Source of the DNA: Trichoplax sp. H2 | Taxonomy: Eukaryota | DNA length: 64,000 nucleotides | Assembly: GCA_003344405.1 (NCBI GenBank) | Contig: NOWV01000108.1 | Location: 62,001-126,000 of the forward strand | Reading direction: 5' to 3' | Part shown: positions 1-12,439 of the stretch, piece after piece | Position numbering within the stretch: position 1 is the first letter of the stretch | How the letters are laid out: every line of letters starts with the position of its first letter | Made by a program: the position numbers and the translations under genes | The notes under the pieces: generated by a model | What the model was told of the DNA's origin: nothing | Databases searched by the model: none | What the model saw: only the letters and a program-made list of their open reading frames with translations

Positions 1-725
1 CAATCTTAAATAATACGCAATTTAATTTATTTGTATAATGTTGAAAATTGGGGCTTAAATCGGCTATACGAGTATCTAAAATACCGGCGTTCACATAGAG
101 TGATCGATCTTCAATAATACGTACTTTAATTTATTTATACTGTATAATATTTTGACTCAAACCGTTATGCTTATGAACTTACACTATACGAGTATCTAAA
201 ATACCGGCGTTCACATAGAGTGATCGATCTTAATAATACGTACTTTAATTTATTTATACTGTATAATGTTGAAAATTTGACTTAAACCGTTATGCTTATG
301 AACTTACGCTATATGAGCATATAAAATACCAACGTTCACATAGAGTGATCAATCTTCAATAATACGTACTTTAATTTATTTATACTGTTTCAAATTTTGA
401 CTCAAACCGTTATGCTTATGAACTTACGCTATACGAGCATATAAAATACCAACGTTCACATCAATCTTAAATAATACATACAGTACTTTAATTTATTTAT
501 ACTATATAATGTTGAAAATTTGACTTAAACCGTTATGCTTATGAACTTACGATATACGAAAATCGAAAATACCAACGTTGACATAAAGTAATCAATCTTA
601 AATAATACGTAATTTAATTGACTTGTATATTGTTTAAATTTTGGACTCAAACCGTTATGCCATTAACTTACAATATACAAGTATATGAAAATACCAACGT
701 TCACATAGAGTGATCAATATTATTA
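1..725. repeat. Tandem array, ~120-bp unit, ~6 copies, probably continuing upstream of the window
   Basis: The motifs aaaccgttatgcttatgaacttac and cgttcacatagagtgatc recur at ~119-126 bp spacing. The array is followed by an acceptor-like ttttcttaccag at 804, so it probably lies in a PIF1 5'UTR intron. Confidence 0.9.
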
Positions 726-830
726 AATACGAGTACAGTATAGCCAAATACGTATCATTATAATAAGCAATTATTAACATAATCTATATTTATTTTCTTA
801 CCAGCTTAGTTGACTGGATAAATACTCACC

Positions 831-3420
831 ATGACTACTGATTTGGATGCTGATAACAATAGAGCTGGAGTCATCAACTGTACTACGACATTGCTATTAA
901 ATGATAAATCCGGCCAAGAAATAAGAAAACGATGCTATAAGACAGCCCAGCTAGTATTAGGTAGAGATCAACATAAAGAATTAACCCTACGATTGGAGAG
1001 TAATCGTGAAGTGCATACATTCTATCCTAGTGGCAATCACAGTATTCATTGTAAATTCATCCACCAAGGCAAAGCAACCATTACAATACCTAATAAATAC
1101 ATTCAGCTTATGATATCAAATTGTCCACCCACCAAATTAAGCCTATTTTTAAAATTGTTAAAATATAAAAGTGCGAAGAGCTCCAATATATCTATAATAG
1201 CTAGAGATAGAAGAGCATTATTTTCAGAGAAAGCAAAAACATTTCAAGACATCAGTCCAATCACAATTGATGATCGAAATAGAGCATCGAGAAAAAGAAA
1301 TCACCCTGACAAGACCCATAATGGCTATACTCCAACTAAAAATTGTATTGGCTCAAATGCATGCAAAAGGATTCGACAAGGTCAACATCGTCATCATTTA
1401 AGCTCGCTGACTTCAGAACAGAAGCAAATTGTACAGTACGTATTAGCCGGTCAAAGTATTTTTTTTACCGGTAGTGCCGGTACAGGCAAGTCCTTTCTTT
1501 TGAAAGAGATTATTAACCTCCTACCCCCAGACGTAACATTTGCTACTGCTAGCACCGGTATTGCAGCTTGCCAACTAGGTGGTACTACATTGCATAATTT
1601 TGCTGGCATTGGGCATGGGCATGCAACCATGCAGAGATGCCTTGAAATGGCATCAATACCTTCTCGCCTTAGGCGATGGCGAAAATGTCAATATCTTATT
1701 GTAGATGAAATATCAATGATTGAGGGTGATTACTTTGATAAAATTGAATATATAGCGCGTCAATTGCGTAAATCAAATTTGCCCTTTGGTGGTATTCAAC
1801 TGATCTTGTGTGGAGATTTTTTACAATTACCTCCAGTTTGTAAAGGCCAAGATGCTGACGTTAAATTTTGCTTCCAGGTAAAATACATAATAACAGAAAA
1901 TTCCTATACTGTACAGTCATCCGATTGATTTTTGATGTGATATTAATCCACAATAAAATTACTAATTTCCATTTAACAGGCACAATCATGGCAGCGTTGT
2001 ATTCCTCTTTGTATTAAATTAACAAAGATTTATCGTCAAGACGACTCTAGTTTTATCTCTATTTTACAAAATATTCGGAGCGGCAGGTGATTTTCTATTT
2101 TACACATTGATCAATTTATAATTATCACATGAATGAAAAATTACAACCAGATTCACAGAAGTTCGTTTATCCAATACTATATCTTTTGGTAATTCAATTT
2201 TTTCTATTCGTATAAAGATGTACAGAACAAGACATGGAAACACTACGCAAAACATCATTCAATGTCGTCAACAAGGACGAGATTCAAGCTACACGTTTGT
2301 GTACTCATAATGAAGATGTGAACCGATTGAATAAGTCTGAATTACAGGCCTTACCTGATAAGGAACATTACTTTAAATCGATCGATGGCGACGTCGACTT
2401 ATTAGCTGATGTGGATAGTAGTGCATTATCTTCCATTCCTAATATCCTTGTATTAAAAATGGGTGCACAAGTAGGTTTAATACAGACCTAAAATGACTAA
2501 TTTTAACTATTTTACTATATTTACTAGCAATATTGGATGCCATTTTTAAGCAAGTCAAGAAGACTATTGCATAAAATATCTGAATTATGTTATTTGTCAT
2601 TGCTAGGTGATGCTTACCAAAAATATCGATGTAGCAAAGGGATTAGTTAACGGTGCTCGTGGTATAGTAACATCTTTCGAATCTCAATTTGGAGGTACAA
2701 GTCAATCGAAAATTTTAAATGATAAACTATTGTAACTACTGTATCACCATTTTAGTAGACTATTACATGATTATAAACAAATTTTAAAGAAGTTATCGCT
2801 GTCCATGAAAAGTCACTATTAAATTAGAAATACAATAAATATCGTGATTATATTATATTTAAATTAATACACAGTAAATTTAAAATAATCCCTATCAATA
2901 TTTACAACCGCCTTCGTTGTCAATATACTGTACACACAGGTTTACCTATTATCAAATTTTCTTGTGGTACCCATGTAACCATTAAGATGGAAAAATGGTC
3001 TTTTCGAACATCAACCGGGTGTCTCTTCACACGCCAACAATTACCTTTAAAATTGGCATGGGCAGTCAGTATACATAAAAGTCAAGTATGTTTTCTAAGA
3101 TTTGCTAAAATTTATGTTTTTAGTAATTTAATTTCTTTTACGCACGATTATAGATCATACAGATAATAGGTGCTTTTGTATAGCTTTCTCATATGCCTGA
3201 TCAATTAATTTATTACTTTATATCGAATTAGGGAATGTCATTAGACTGTGTCGAGGTTTCCTTAGGGCGTGTATTTGAATATGGACAAGCATATGTTGCA
3301 CTATCGAGGGCACGGAATCTGCATGGACTGCGGATCATTGATTTTAATAAGCATAGCATCAAAGCACATCCTAAAGTGTTAGAATATTACATGCAACTAA
3401 ACAGCGACATCTGTGATTGA
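831..3420 (+). CDS. PIF1: ATP-dependent DNA helicase PIF1 (6 exons: 831-1877, 1980-2086, 2218-2470, 2607-2694, 2940-3085, 3232-3420)
   Basis: SF1B motifs FFTGSAGTGKS, IVDEISM, FGGIQLILCGDFLQLPPV, VMLTKN..GLVNGARG, QLPLKLAWAVSIHKSQGMSLD and FEYGQAYVALSRA. It has an animal PIF1-type N-terminal domain. All introns are GT-AG and preserve frame. Confidence 0.95.
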
Positions 3421-5195
3421 TTACATTTAAAAACTGACCTACTAAATTATCTGTACATATTTTTTACTATTTTTGTTATTATATATATATATATACCGTA
3501 GTTAAGGAAATCATTTTTGATAGGCAATAGATGAGTTTTTTTCATTCTTGATACTACAATTATTGAAAGGATGTAGTATTATATCTTTAAGCTATCCATT
3601 GAGTCTTTATAAGAACATACTACATCTAAAAATGTCGATCTTGTACTACACATGAAACCATTTATGGAATTTAATCAGTCTAATCAACCCTATTCTATTC
3701 TGTATATACGACATATATAGTATTAATGTATCTACAGTATGTGTTATTTTTATATGAGTATATTTATTGTAACGATCATTACAGAATTCATCCAAACCAA
3801 AGATGAAAGAATAACAATTATAGCAATAAAATTTTTATTCAAAATTAAAATATAGACTGAAAATAGAAATATGAACGGAATCTACCCAAAAATTACACAT
3901 TAGATAACACTGAAATCAGAATTGGCAAAAGTTTCAAATTAAAATCTTTGGACGAACTAATGCATTACCGTGTGAAAAATATTTTTCGGCGTAATAAAAT
4001 AAATTTTTCCAAATATTGTTAGTACTCGTAATGAAATGAGTATTATGCTATTAGTTTAATTGGCAATAGAATATTTAAGAGTCAGAATTGTAAAATCTAT
4101 GCATACCATACTGTATTCAGATCAAAAAATGCCTACATACAGTACAGTACATATATACGTATAATAATAAAAAAGCAGTATATCAATCAGTCCCTGGTCA
4201 TATCTATATCTCGTTCTCTAATTCAGATACTAACTACTGTAATGTGAAGAATAAAGATGCATCACTAAATAATTTTCGACTGAAAGTAATGGTGCTCTAA
4301 ATCACGATCGGCTGATCAGGTAACAAGTAAAATGAGATATGATTGCATTGTTAGTTCTATCATTGATTTACTTTCATTTCTCTAAGCTACTGAAGCATAA
4401 AGCCTTTATTGAATAAAGAAGTACACTTTATAGTAATATGGAAAGAAGGAATTTCAAAGCATAAATACGAGTACACAAATAATCATTATTTTCTATAATT
4501 GACGAAGATTTACTATACGCGTAGAATTCAAATGATATCATCATATCGTAGGGGAAAAGACTTTCGCTGTGAATTTTAAATGGAAAATGAGCTATTATTT
4601 CTACTCTTTCACTTGACTAAATGAAAAATTTCTAGCTTCGATTTATAAGCAGGATTAGAATAGTATTAACGAAGAATGCACTACTGTTATATCATGATAG
4701 CAAGATCAAGGAAGGATTGAGGACATTAAACACATCACATTATTATAATAGAAAAAATTGATCATTGCAAATACAAAACAAGCATATAATAATATACCTA
4801 ATGAGATAGCAGTAGGGGTTATTTTAGCAGTCATTTAAAATTAAATTAGCCATACTAATCACTCGTTGAGAATATTGGTAAGTAAAATAGTAACAATTTC
4901 TACATCCTAGGGCGAGCTTTCATCTGTACATTAATTTCATCGACTATCATAGAGTCTAGGCTCAACTGTTGAATAATAAATTGGTTATGAAAGGAAGAAA
5001 AAAATTTAGTTTGTTGTCTATTTCTTGATCATTATATAGTAATAAAAATAATAATGATGATAGTCACTTTTAATATGAATAATACAGCATCAAATTTCAC
5101 ATTTTTCAATTTTGTTTGATGATTTTCATCGCTACTGCATTGGTATTACATTGAATAAGTAATATTTCATAAAGGCCATGTAGCTTATTTAAGAT

Positions 5196-6422
5196 TTAAT
5201 CTTCAACTAAGTTGCAGACTATACGATTTAATTCATCAGCAAAGTGATCGAAAGAGAATTTACTCATGACGTGCTTTCTACCAGCATCACCATAAACTTT
5301 AGCTAGTTTAGGATGATCGACAAATACTTTCATAGCATCGGCAAAAGCTTTTGCTTCTGGATCACACCATAGTCCAGTAACTTGATATTTAATCGTCTCC
5401 AGTGGGCCTCCACTATTACACGCAATGACAGGTCTGTTCATGTACATGGCTTCGATTGGAACAATACCAAAATGTTCGTTGGTCGGCGTATACAGCAAGC
5501 AGGTGCATGAGCCTAACAATAACATTTTTTCGGTATCAGAAATGGATTTTTTAAATGTAACCTGATCAGTTAAGTCATTCCTTTGGGCAATTAATTGTAA
5601 TTCTTCATAATAGACACGATTCTCTTGCACACGATCATCATAACCGCCGGCCATAATCAGATGGACATTGGACCATTGCTCGGATGTTATCCTATCACGT
5701 AAATCAATTAGAGCATGTAATGCTAATGCTAGATTTTTTTTCTTTTCATAGCGATTAATGGATAAAAACATTATCTTTGCTTTAGGCAAAATGAGCTCCA
5801 CGGATGAATTGGATGGCGGTGTAAAAGCTTGAAAATTAACACTAGGATAAAGGACAGTTGGAGGATGATATTGTAATGTGGTGAATGTTTTTAAATAGAC
5901 TGATGCGGTAAATTTGCTATTGACTAAGACACAATCTGCTTGGCCAGTAGTACGTTCTTCAAACCAATCTATTGGAGCTCTATACATACTTTTTAAGAAT
6001 GATTTACGTTGAGTTAATAATTGATCAGGATAATGACAGTAGAAAATAACCTTGCATGGACGGCTACAATAACGAAAGATTGGTATGCATGCGGAAATTT
6101 GATCGCAAAAGATGACATCGTATTGGTAAGCAGAGAAAAATGCAAGATAAATTGCAACATAAATCATGCGTATATAGGCACATAGGGCATAGCATCGTCC
6201 CAAAAGATGGCGCGGTAACCAATCGCCGACAGCGATAATCTCTAAATCGCCATTTTGTGTCTCACGAAAGCAATGATTACCATCATGATGAGATGTATAA
6301 ATGCGAACATGATGATTTCTCTTTTTGAAAGCTAATGCAGCATCCACTACTAATCGTTCTGCACCACCAATGCCTAAATCAGGATGAATGAATGCGATAT
6401 TGAATCCACCATCAAGATGCAT
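5196..6422 (-). CDS. ALG2: Alpha-1,3/1,6-mannosyltransferase ALG2 (single coding exon; first ATG at 6422)
   Basis: FIHPDLGIGGAERLVVDAA, FYCHYPDQLL, FLSINRYEKKKN and EHFGIVPIEAM..GGPLET are ALG2/GT4 signatures. The ORF-track start at 6431 is a TTG. Confidence 0.95.
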   Translation of the reverse strand: MHLDGGFNIAFIHPDLGIGGAERLVVDAALAFKKRNHHVRIYTSHHDGNHCFRETQNGDLEIIAVGDWLPRHLLGRCYALCAYIRMIYVAIYLAFFSAYQYDVIFCDQISACIPIFRYCSRPCKVIFYCHYPDQLLTQRKSFLKSMYRAPIDWFEERTTGQADCVLVNSKFTASVYLKTFTTLQYHPPTVLYPSVNFQAFTPPSNSSVELILPKAKIMFLSINRYEKKKNLALALHALIDLRDRITSEQWSNVHLIMAGGYDDRVQENRVYYEELQLIAQRNDLTDQVTFKKSISDTEKMLLLGSCTCLLYTPTNEHFGIVPIEAMYMNRPVIACNSGGPLETIKYQVTGLWCDPEAKAFADAMKVFVDHPKLAKVYGDAGRKHVMSKFSFDHFADELNRIVCNLVED

Positions 6423-6479
6423 CTTGTTCAAGTTATCAACGATCGATTTGATCTATTCTAGGTAGCAATGCTTTAATCA

Positions 6480-7068
6480 ACAGTAGGATAAGCCTGTCGG
6501 TAGGAAAGATGCCAATCGAGAACGCAAATAAGCTTTCAAATTGGCAACGATTGAATTAGTTGGTAGACTGTCGTCTCGCCATGACAGCGTAGCGATCACA
6601 AGATAGTCCAACTACTCTAATCGCTGCTACAAGACAGTCTATTGACTGTAGTGAACGTGGCTTGGGGGGCTTTGACCGGCTTTGGATAGGGGGTAGGCGA
6701 CGGCCTCTATGACGGTACTGATATGCTACTCTGTGTATACTAGGACACTATAGAAGACGTTTATTTTACAAGATTGTGTATGCCAAAAGATGACTTTGCC
6801 CAGGGGTTACTACCACCACTTTTCTCCACCTTTCCTATACTGTATAGTCAAGACACAGTCTTACATGAGAGTCGCTACTACTCAAGTCAGTCAGCAAGGA
6901 GCTCCATGGCTGCAGGATTAATTTAGGAACTGCTTTGGTCTTCCCCTTCCCCCCTTTTCCAATTGCAGCATTGATCCAGCCAAAACGCTTGCAACGGCTT
7001 TAATTCACTCTATAACTCCACAATCTTGCCATCGAGATCGTCAAGTCGCTAGGGTTCAATCTCATAAG
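6480..7068. promoter_or_regulatory. GC-richer divergent promoter region shared by ALG2 (-) and TTC33 (+), including a probable TTC33 non-coding first exon ending at donor ag|gtaaat (7068/7069)
   Basis: Head-to-head gene arrangement, locally raised GC/CpG content and a donor-like site. Confidence 0.5.
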
Positions 7069-8115
7069 GTAAATCTTCAAAAGTTGGACTATTTTAGTAG
7101 TGAGAAGGATAAGTTCTAATTGCATCATTTAACAGACTTTAGGGTTCAATCTCATAGGGTAAATCTTCAAAAGTTGGACTGTTTTAGTAGTGAGAAGGAT
7201 AGGTTCTAATTGCATCAGTTAACAGACTCTAGGGTTCAATCTCATATAGCAGATCTGTAAAAGTTGGACTATTGATTGTAGTGAGAAGGATAAGTTCTAA
7301 TTGCATCAGTTCACAGACTCTAGGGTTCAATCTCATATAGCAGATCTGTAAAAGTTGAACTATTTTAGTAGTGAGAAGGATAAGTTCTAATTGCATCAGT
7401 TAACAGACTCTAGGGTTCAATCTCATATAGCAGATCTGTAAAAGTCGGACTATTGATTGTAGTGAGAAGGATAAGTTCTAATTGCATCAGCTCACAGACT
7501 CTAGGGTTCAATCTCATATAGCAGATCTGTAAAAGTTGGACTATTGATTGTAGTGAGAAGGACAAGTTCTAATTGCATCAGTTAACAGACTTTAGGGTTC
7601 AATCTCATATAGCAGATCTGTAAAAGTTGGACTATTTTAGTAGTGAGAAGGAGAAGTTCTAATTGCATCAGTTAACAGACTTTAGGGTTCAATCTCATAT
7701 AGCAGATCTGTAAAAGTCGGACTATTGATTGTAGTGAGAGGGATAAGTTCTAATTGCATCAGTTAACAGACTCTAGGGTTCAATCTCATATAGCAGATCT
7801 GTAAAAGTCGGACTATTGATTGTAGTGAGAAGGATAAGTTCTAATTGCATCAGTTAACAGACTCTAGGGTCAATCTCATATAGCAGATCTGTAAAAGTTG
7901 AACTATTTTAGTAGTGAGAAGGAGAAGTTCTAATTGCATCATTTAACAGACTCTAGGGTTCAATCTCATATAGCAGATCTGTAAAAGTCGGACTATTGAT
8001 TGTAGTGAGAAGGATAAGTTCTAATTGCATCATTTAACAGACTTTAGGGTTCAATCTCATATAGCAGATCTATAAAAGTTGAACTATTTTAGTAAGGAGA
8101 AGGATAACTTCTATT
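7050..8115. repeat. Tandem array, 90-91-bp unit, ~12 highly similar copies
   Basis: tagggttcaatctcata...gttctaattgcatcagttaacagac starts at ~7050, 7140, 7230, 7321, 7411, 7502, 7593, 7683, 7774, 7865, 7954 and 8045. Confidence 0.97.
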
Positions 8116-8641
8116 GTTACCTAACTAAAAGCGCTTCACTGAACGGCTCTAATTTATTCTACTACAGGAAATCTTTCGATCCAAATCATTCATAGGATTG
8201 AGGAATTAATCCTTTAGGCTTATACCAGAAAGATCCAATGGAAAGATTATTTATAGTCAGCTCTTACAGATGTTGAATAACAATCCAAGTCGCTCATACA
8301 CAAAACTGCAGTGACTGACTTTCAGCTAAGCAACTCTGGCCCAACTTAAAGCAGTAAGTTTTCGTTGATTGATGGATTACTTATCAATGATCAAGGTATC
8401 CATCAGGTTACAGCATAGGATTTGCATGATAGCGCAATGCTAATTTCACTTTTGCTATATGCATCGTTCACTACTTGTAATTATGTCTCGCACCTTAGAC
8501 TATTTGGCTATTACCTTTCGTAACTGCACAAGAAAACACTTTGGATGCCACGACAACTTGTTTACTGTAAATACGTCGTTGCTTACAAAAATAAACGACA
8601 TTTTGGGCTATGCTTGTATAGAAAATCTGGCTAATTACTAC

Positions 8642-9946
8642 ATGGAGACAAAGGCACGATTTAGCTGGAAAAGGAAACGCTCAACTGGTGTCGATAATCA
8701 TGTAGACAAATTATTCCGAAGTCAAGATAATTTACTAGCGGAACCAGATCATGATTTGGATGAAAGAGAAATTGATTGGTTACACCTCGTAAGAAGACCA
8801 AAGGATAACTCTTTGGAAAATGACCAAGCCAAAAGTAATCGATTAAAAAAAGAAGGCAATATCTTGGCCGAAAATGAAAGGTAAAGTATATAATAATCAA
8901 GTAGAATAGACGCGATTTCCATGGGTTTATGTCTACTAATTGACCATCGCATAAAGTACCCACAGAATGTGTATAATACTGTAATCATTACAAACAGTTG
9001 AAGGCAATTTTGGCTCACAATTAATCAGTATATCTACTGGAAATGCTTCAATTTGTCAATTATTAATATGCATTTGCTATCAATGATGGATCAGGTACTG
9101 GCAGGCAATTAGCAAGTGGAACGAAGCAATAGAACTGACACCCGATGATTGCTATTTATATGAATTGAAAGCGCAGGTTCTTATCATCTTATACGGTGTA
9201 CAGAGTATTGGCAGTAGTTAGTTTTACGCAGGATATAACTCAATACTACTGTAATATGTTGATAGCAATTTTAGCGGTATTTACTACCAGTTGAAGTTCT
9301 ATCACTAAATGCCCGACAACTAGATTATCCACCTTACAATTAACTAGCAATAATATGGTCTCATTTTGAGCATTATCATGACGGTATGTATCTTGCCATG
9401 CAGGCCCTTATGCAATTAGGAGAAATATTTCCTGCCGTCCAAGTTGCTGAAAAAGCTACGCACTTAAATTGTACCTGGTCGGAAGGCTTTCAGACTCTTG
9501 GCCGAAGTCAAATTGGATTAGGAGAAGTTGAGATGGTAATTGATTTTTATTATTAGTGTTCTCATGAGTGCTTAAATTATGCAAGTAATGCTTGATGCCT
9601 AATATGATCACAAATTTTACACATGAATGAATGTCCACTTGTCCATATTTTCAAAGAACTAATAACAATCTTCTTTCTGCATAGGCTATTAGAAATTTTC
9701 AAGTTGCTATACATTTGGATCCTAGCAATCTCCAAGTATGTCAAATTTGGGGAAAATATAACTACTTGTTACCTAAAAATCGTTATTGAGACTATGTTGT
9801 GCATATAAGATAAATAATTAATCGTCTATTGGTATATTTTATCTCAGCTTTGGAATGAAGATCTAGCCTGGGCATGTTCGCTACGATCTCAAATGAAATC
9901 ATCCAATCAAAAGTCGAAAGGAATCCGATATTACGTCAAATCTTAG
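8642..9946 (+). CDS. TTC33: Tetratricopeptide repeat protein 33 (5 exons: 8642-8880, 9095-9176, 9404-9535, 9685-9735, 9848-9946)
   Basis: The spliced product reads METKARFSWKRK...LKKEGNILAENERYWQAISKWNEAIELTP..LYELKAQALMQLGEIFPAVQVAE...QTLGRSQIGLGEVEMAIRNFQVAIHLDPSNLQLWNEDLAWA. This matches the TTC33 TPR pattern as I recall it. Confidence 0.88.
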
Positions 9947-10391
9947 CAGAAAACATCAGAAAAAGAGATAATGCTAAAAAATGCTATATGAAAGATGGCA
10001 TTTCATATAAATCTTGTTACTAAATTATAAAAGAAGTATTCGAACGAAAAATTTGCCATCCAGTGTCAATTAGATTATTATACTGTATATACGAATACAT
10101 ACGTATACAAATTAATGTAGATGATCAAAATTTTGAAACATCTCAATTAAGAAATTATAAATAATTTAAAAGGAAATCAACATTTCTAAATGGTAAATAT
10201 GAGTTGTACATATAATAAAAGTGAGAGATAATAAAATTACAAAGTTTGTAAAATTCTTCAACCGCGCTACAGATTGTATCGCAATATCGCTGGCGTGCCG
10301 AGGGCTAGTCGTTCGTTGATAACTAGCTTAGATTCCATTATGTCGAGACAGTGTGTGTGCTTAGCCAAGCAAATTATTACTAGCTTGATGC

Positions 10392-12006
10392 TCATTCCGA
10401 CTGAAAGTCAAGTAAAACTTACTCTTATTAATGCTATATAGATTATAAATTATAGTTGTAAAATACGTCGAGGATATTATTAGTGAACACTACCTACACA
10501 TAAATATATATATAATTCGCAAAGATTTTTATAAAATCTGAATGACTATCTATCTTATCGTTTATTGATATTATGTCATACTTTCCTTACCTTATGTTTC
10601 ATGTAGGAAAGGAAAATATCATAAAATAAAGTTAACACATTGACATATAGAACCCGCCAAGTTCCTGGTATAAATTTAAAATTGATAGCCTATAAATAAA
10701 TTGAAAACCGAAACGCTATCAATGTTATACCCATTGGCAATTTTATTGCTGCATTCTATAGCAGGCTACATCAAGAGAGGAACGGATGCTGTCATATTCA
10801 TTAAATATTATTCATGCATAATATTTATATAATAATTATTCATTAATGGAAAAGGATCTTTACGATATGCAACTGTACCTGCCCAATGGGCCAAACAATG
10901 ACATCGACCTAAATAGCAAAAAAATAGCATTGACTGTGAGTAACAATTTCGCAATAAGTAATAATAAACGTTTATACCATATGCATATATACAGCAAATT
11001 GGGAAGTCATTAATAGCTCTGAGGGGCTACTGCTAATTAGTAAACATCAATACAACCTAAGCGTTTTATAATATATATATATAACAAATTAGTAATAATT
11101 CAGAGGCGCTACTGCTGCTAAATATCAACGTTTGCATACGACATTTATGGCAGCGTACTGCGTCATGATATTTAAATTGCTGATCAAAGTCTGGCGTAAT
11201 TAACACAACTTTGCATCCTCATATCATTCATTATATTATTAGTCTAAGTCACCCATCTACTCGATAGTGCTCACCCTATAGTGTAGTATTGTACCTTATA
11301 TGTGGGCCAAAATTTACGTTGCCATTCATCTTTAGAATCATCCCAATTTTGTCCTTCCAGCATTCCCATGCCTGTAGAATAAAAGATTGAATAAAGCATG
11401 ACATTCGAACGGTCTATTCTTTCTTCATAGAGCTTGAAAAAGGAAGCATCGCATACAGTAAATAACAATAAAGTGTGCTATGATTGATGACAATCCATGA
11501 TAACTCTGCCTGTTGAAGCTCCAAGCTAAGTTGAGCTCGTTCATGGATTGATTGCAGCACAGTTCATATCTTGATAGCAAGATACACGTTGCAAATTTGG
11601 ACAAGTTGGTTTAGTTATGCTATCGTGGTGTTCATCGACTGCCTTAAGTACGTGCATTTTACTAACCTAAGTAGAAGGTGGAGATCGATATAGGAGCCAT
11701 CAGTGCTTCGTCAAGAACAACCTTCTTGCCGATCGTGGTGGCAGCCGTTCCAACCAATTTTTGATCCAAGAATGTATAAAAATAATGAGTTGGAAGACCA
11801 ACTAATAAGCCTACTGTTGCCATTCTACCAGTCCTCTTCCAATCATGTTTTTCAGAACCCTCTAAATTTTGCTGAATGATATCTCCTAAACCACAAAGAG
11901 CTCCAGCAGAGATCACATTTGCTAGCATAAGATTGCGAGACCAAAAGGTAGAAAGGATAGCTTTCAATTTCCTTGGCAGCCATACCTTGGAGATTCGCGT
12001 AGACAT
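10392..12006 (-). CDS. MPV17L2: Mpv17/PMP22 family membrane protein, MPV17L2-like (exons 12006-11667, 11371-11295, 10908-10879, 10689-10591 and a probable short last exon 10400-10392)
   Basis: GLGDIIQQNLE..DWKRTGRMATVG..HYFYTFLD..KKVVLDE..KFWPTYKVDVIVWPIGQAINFKFIPGTWRVLYVNVLTLFYDIFLSYMKHK. The last exon is the least certain. Confidence 0.85.
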
Positions 12007-12439
12007 TGATACGGTAAAGATTGATGAACTGCAATGAATGGTAACTCTTTTTTCTAGCTATCAACTCTTTCCACTTATTGAATAAGCAACAACAGTAGAG
12101 TAAGCTACATCAAAGATCAATTCTCTTCCACCTAGGTAGTGCCGGCCATAACCGGCATAGTCGATCAACAAGTAATTGATTGATCGAATGTAGATCCTCC
12201 TCCCTATTGTACATTCAGTACATTGAGTATGTGATACAAAGTTATCGTACGATATGACATGTACTAAGCACTCTATAGTACGGTAACAAGGCCAACGCCC
12301 AGGCGCGATTTCCTCTCTTTATCACTACCACTGTGCACAAATCAGACTGCACGATACAGAGTCTAATATCAAATTCCATTCCTTGCATAGCCAGCACGTG
12401 CTCTCCTTAACATATTGCAAGGCATAAATAAATTAAATT

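Noticed and set aside
831-3420. Helitron-encoded Pif1 helicase
   Set aside because: No HUH/Rep domain. It has the cellular PIF1 N-terminal domain and motif wording, and sits among housekeeping genes.
7050-8115. Telomeric or interstitial telomere repeat
   Set aside because: Only one (T/C)TAGGG per 90-bp unit, with no tandem TTAGGG run.
8459-9018. Upstream extension of the TTC33 ORF and the overlapping minus-strand ORFs
   Set aside because: TTC33 similarity begins at about the ATG at 8642, and the antisense ORFs are shadows of exon 1 and intron 1.
10260-10400. SECIS or selenocysteine read-through after the MPV17L2 TGA
   Set aside because: A TAG follows three codons later, and the small GCTAGT/ACTAGC hairpin lacks the SECIS ATGA/GA quartet arrangement.
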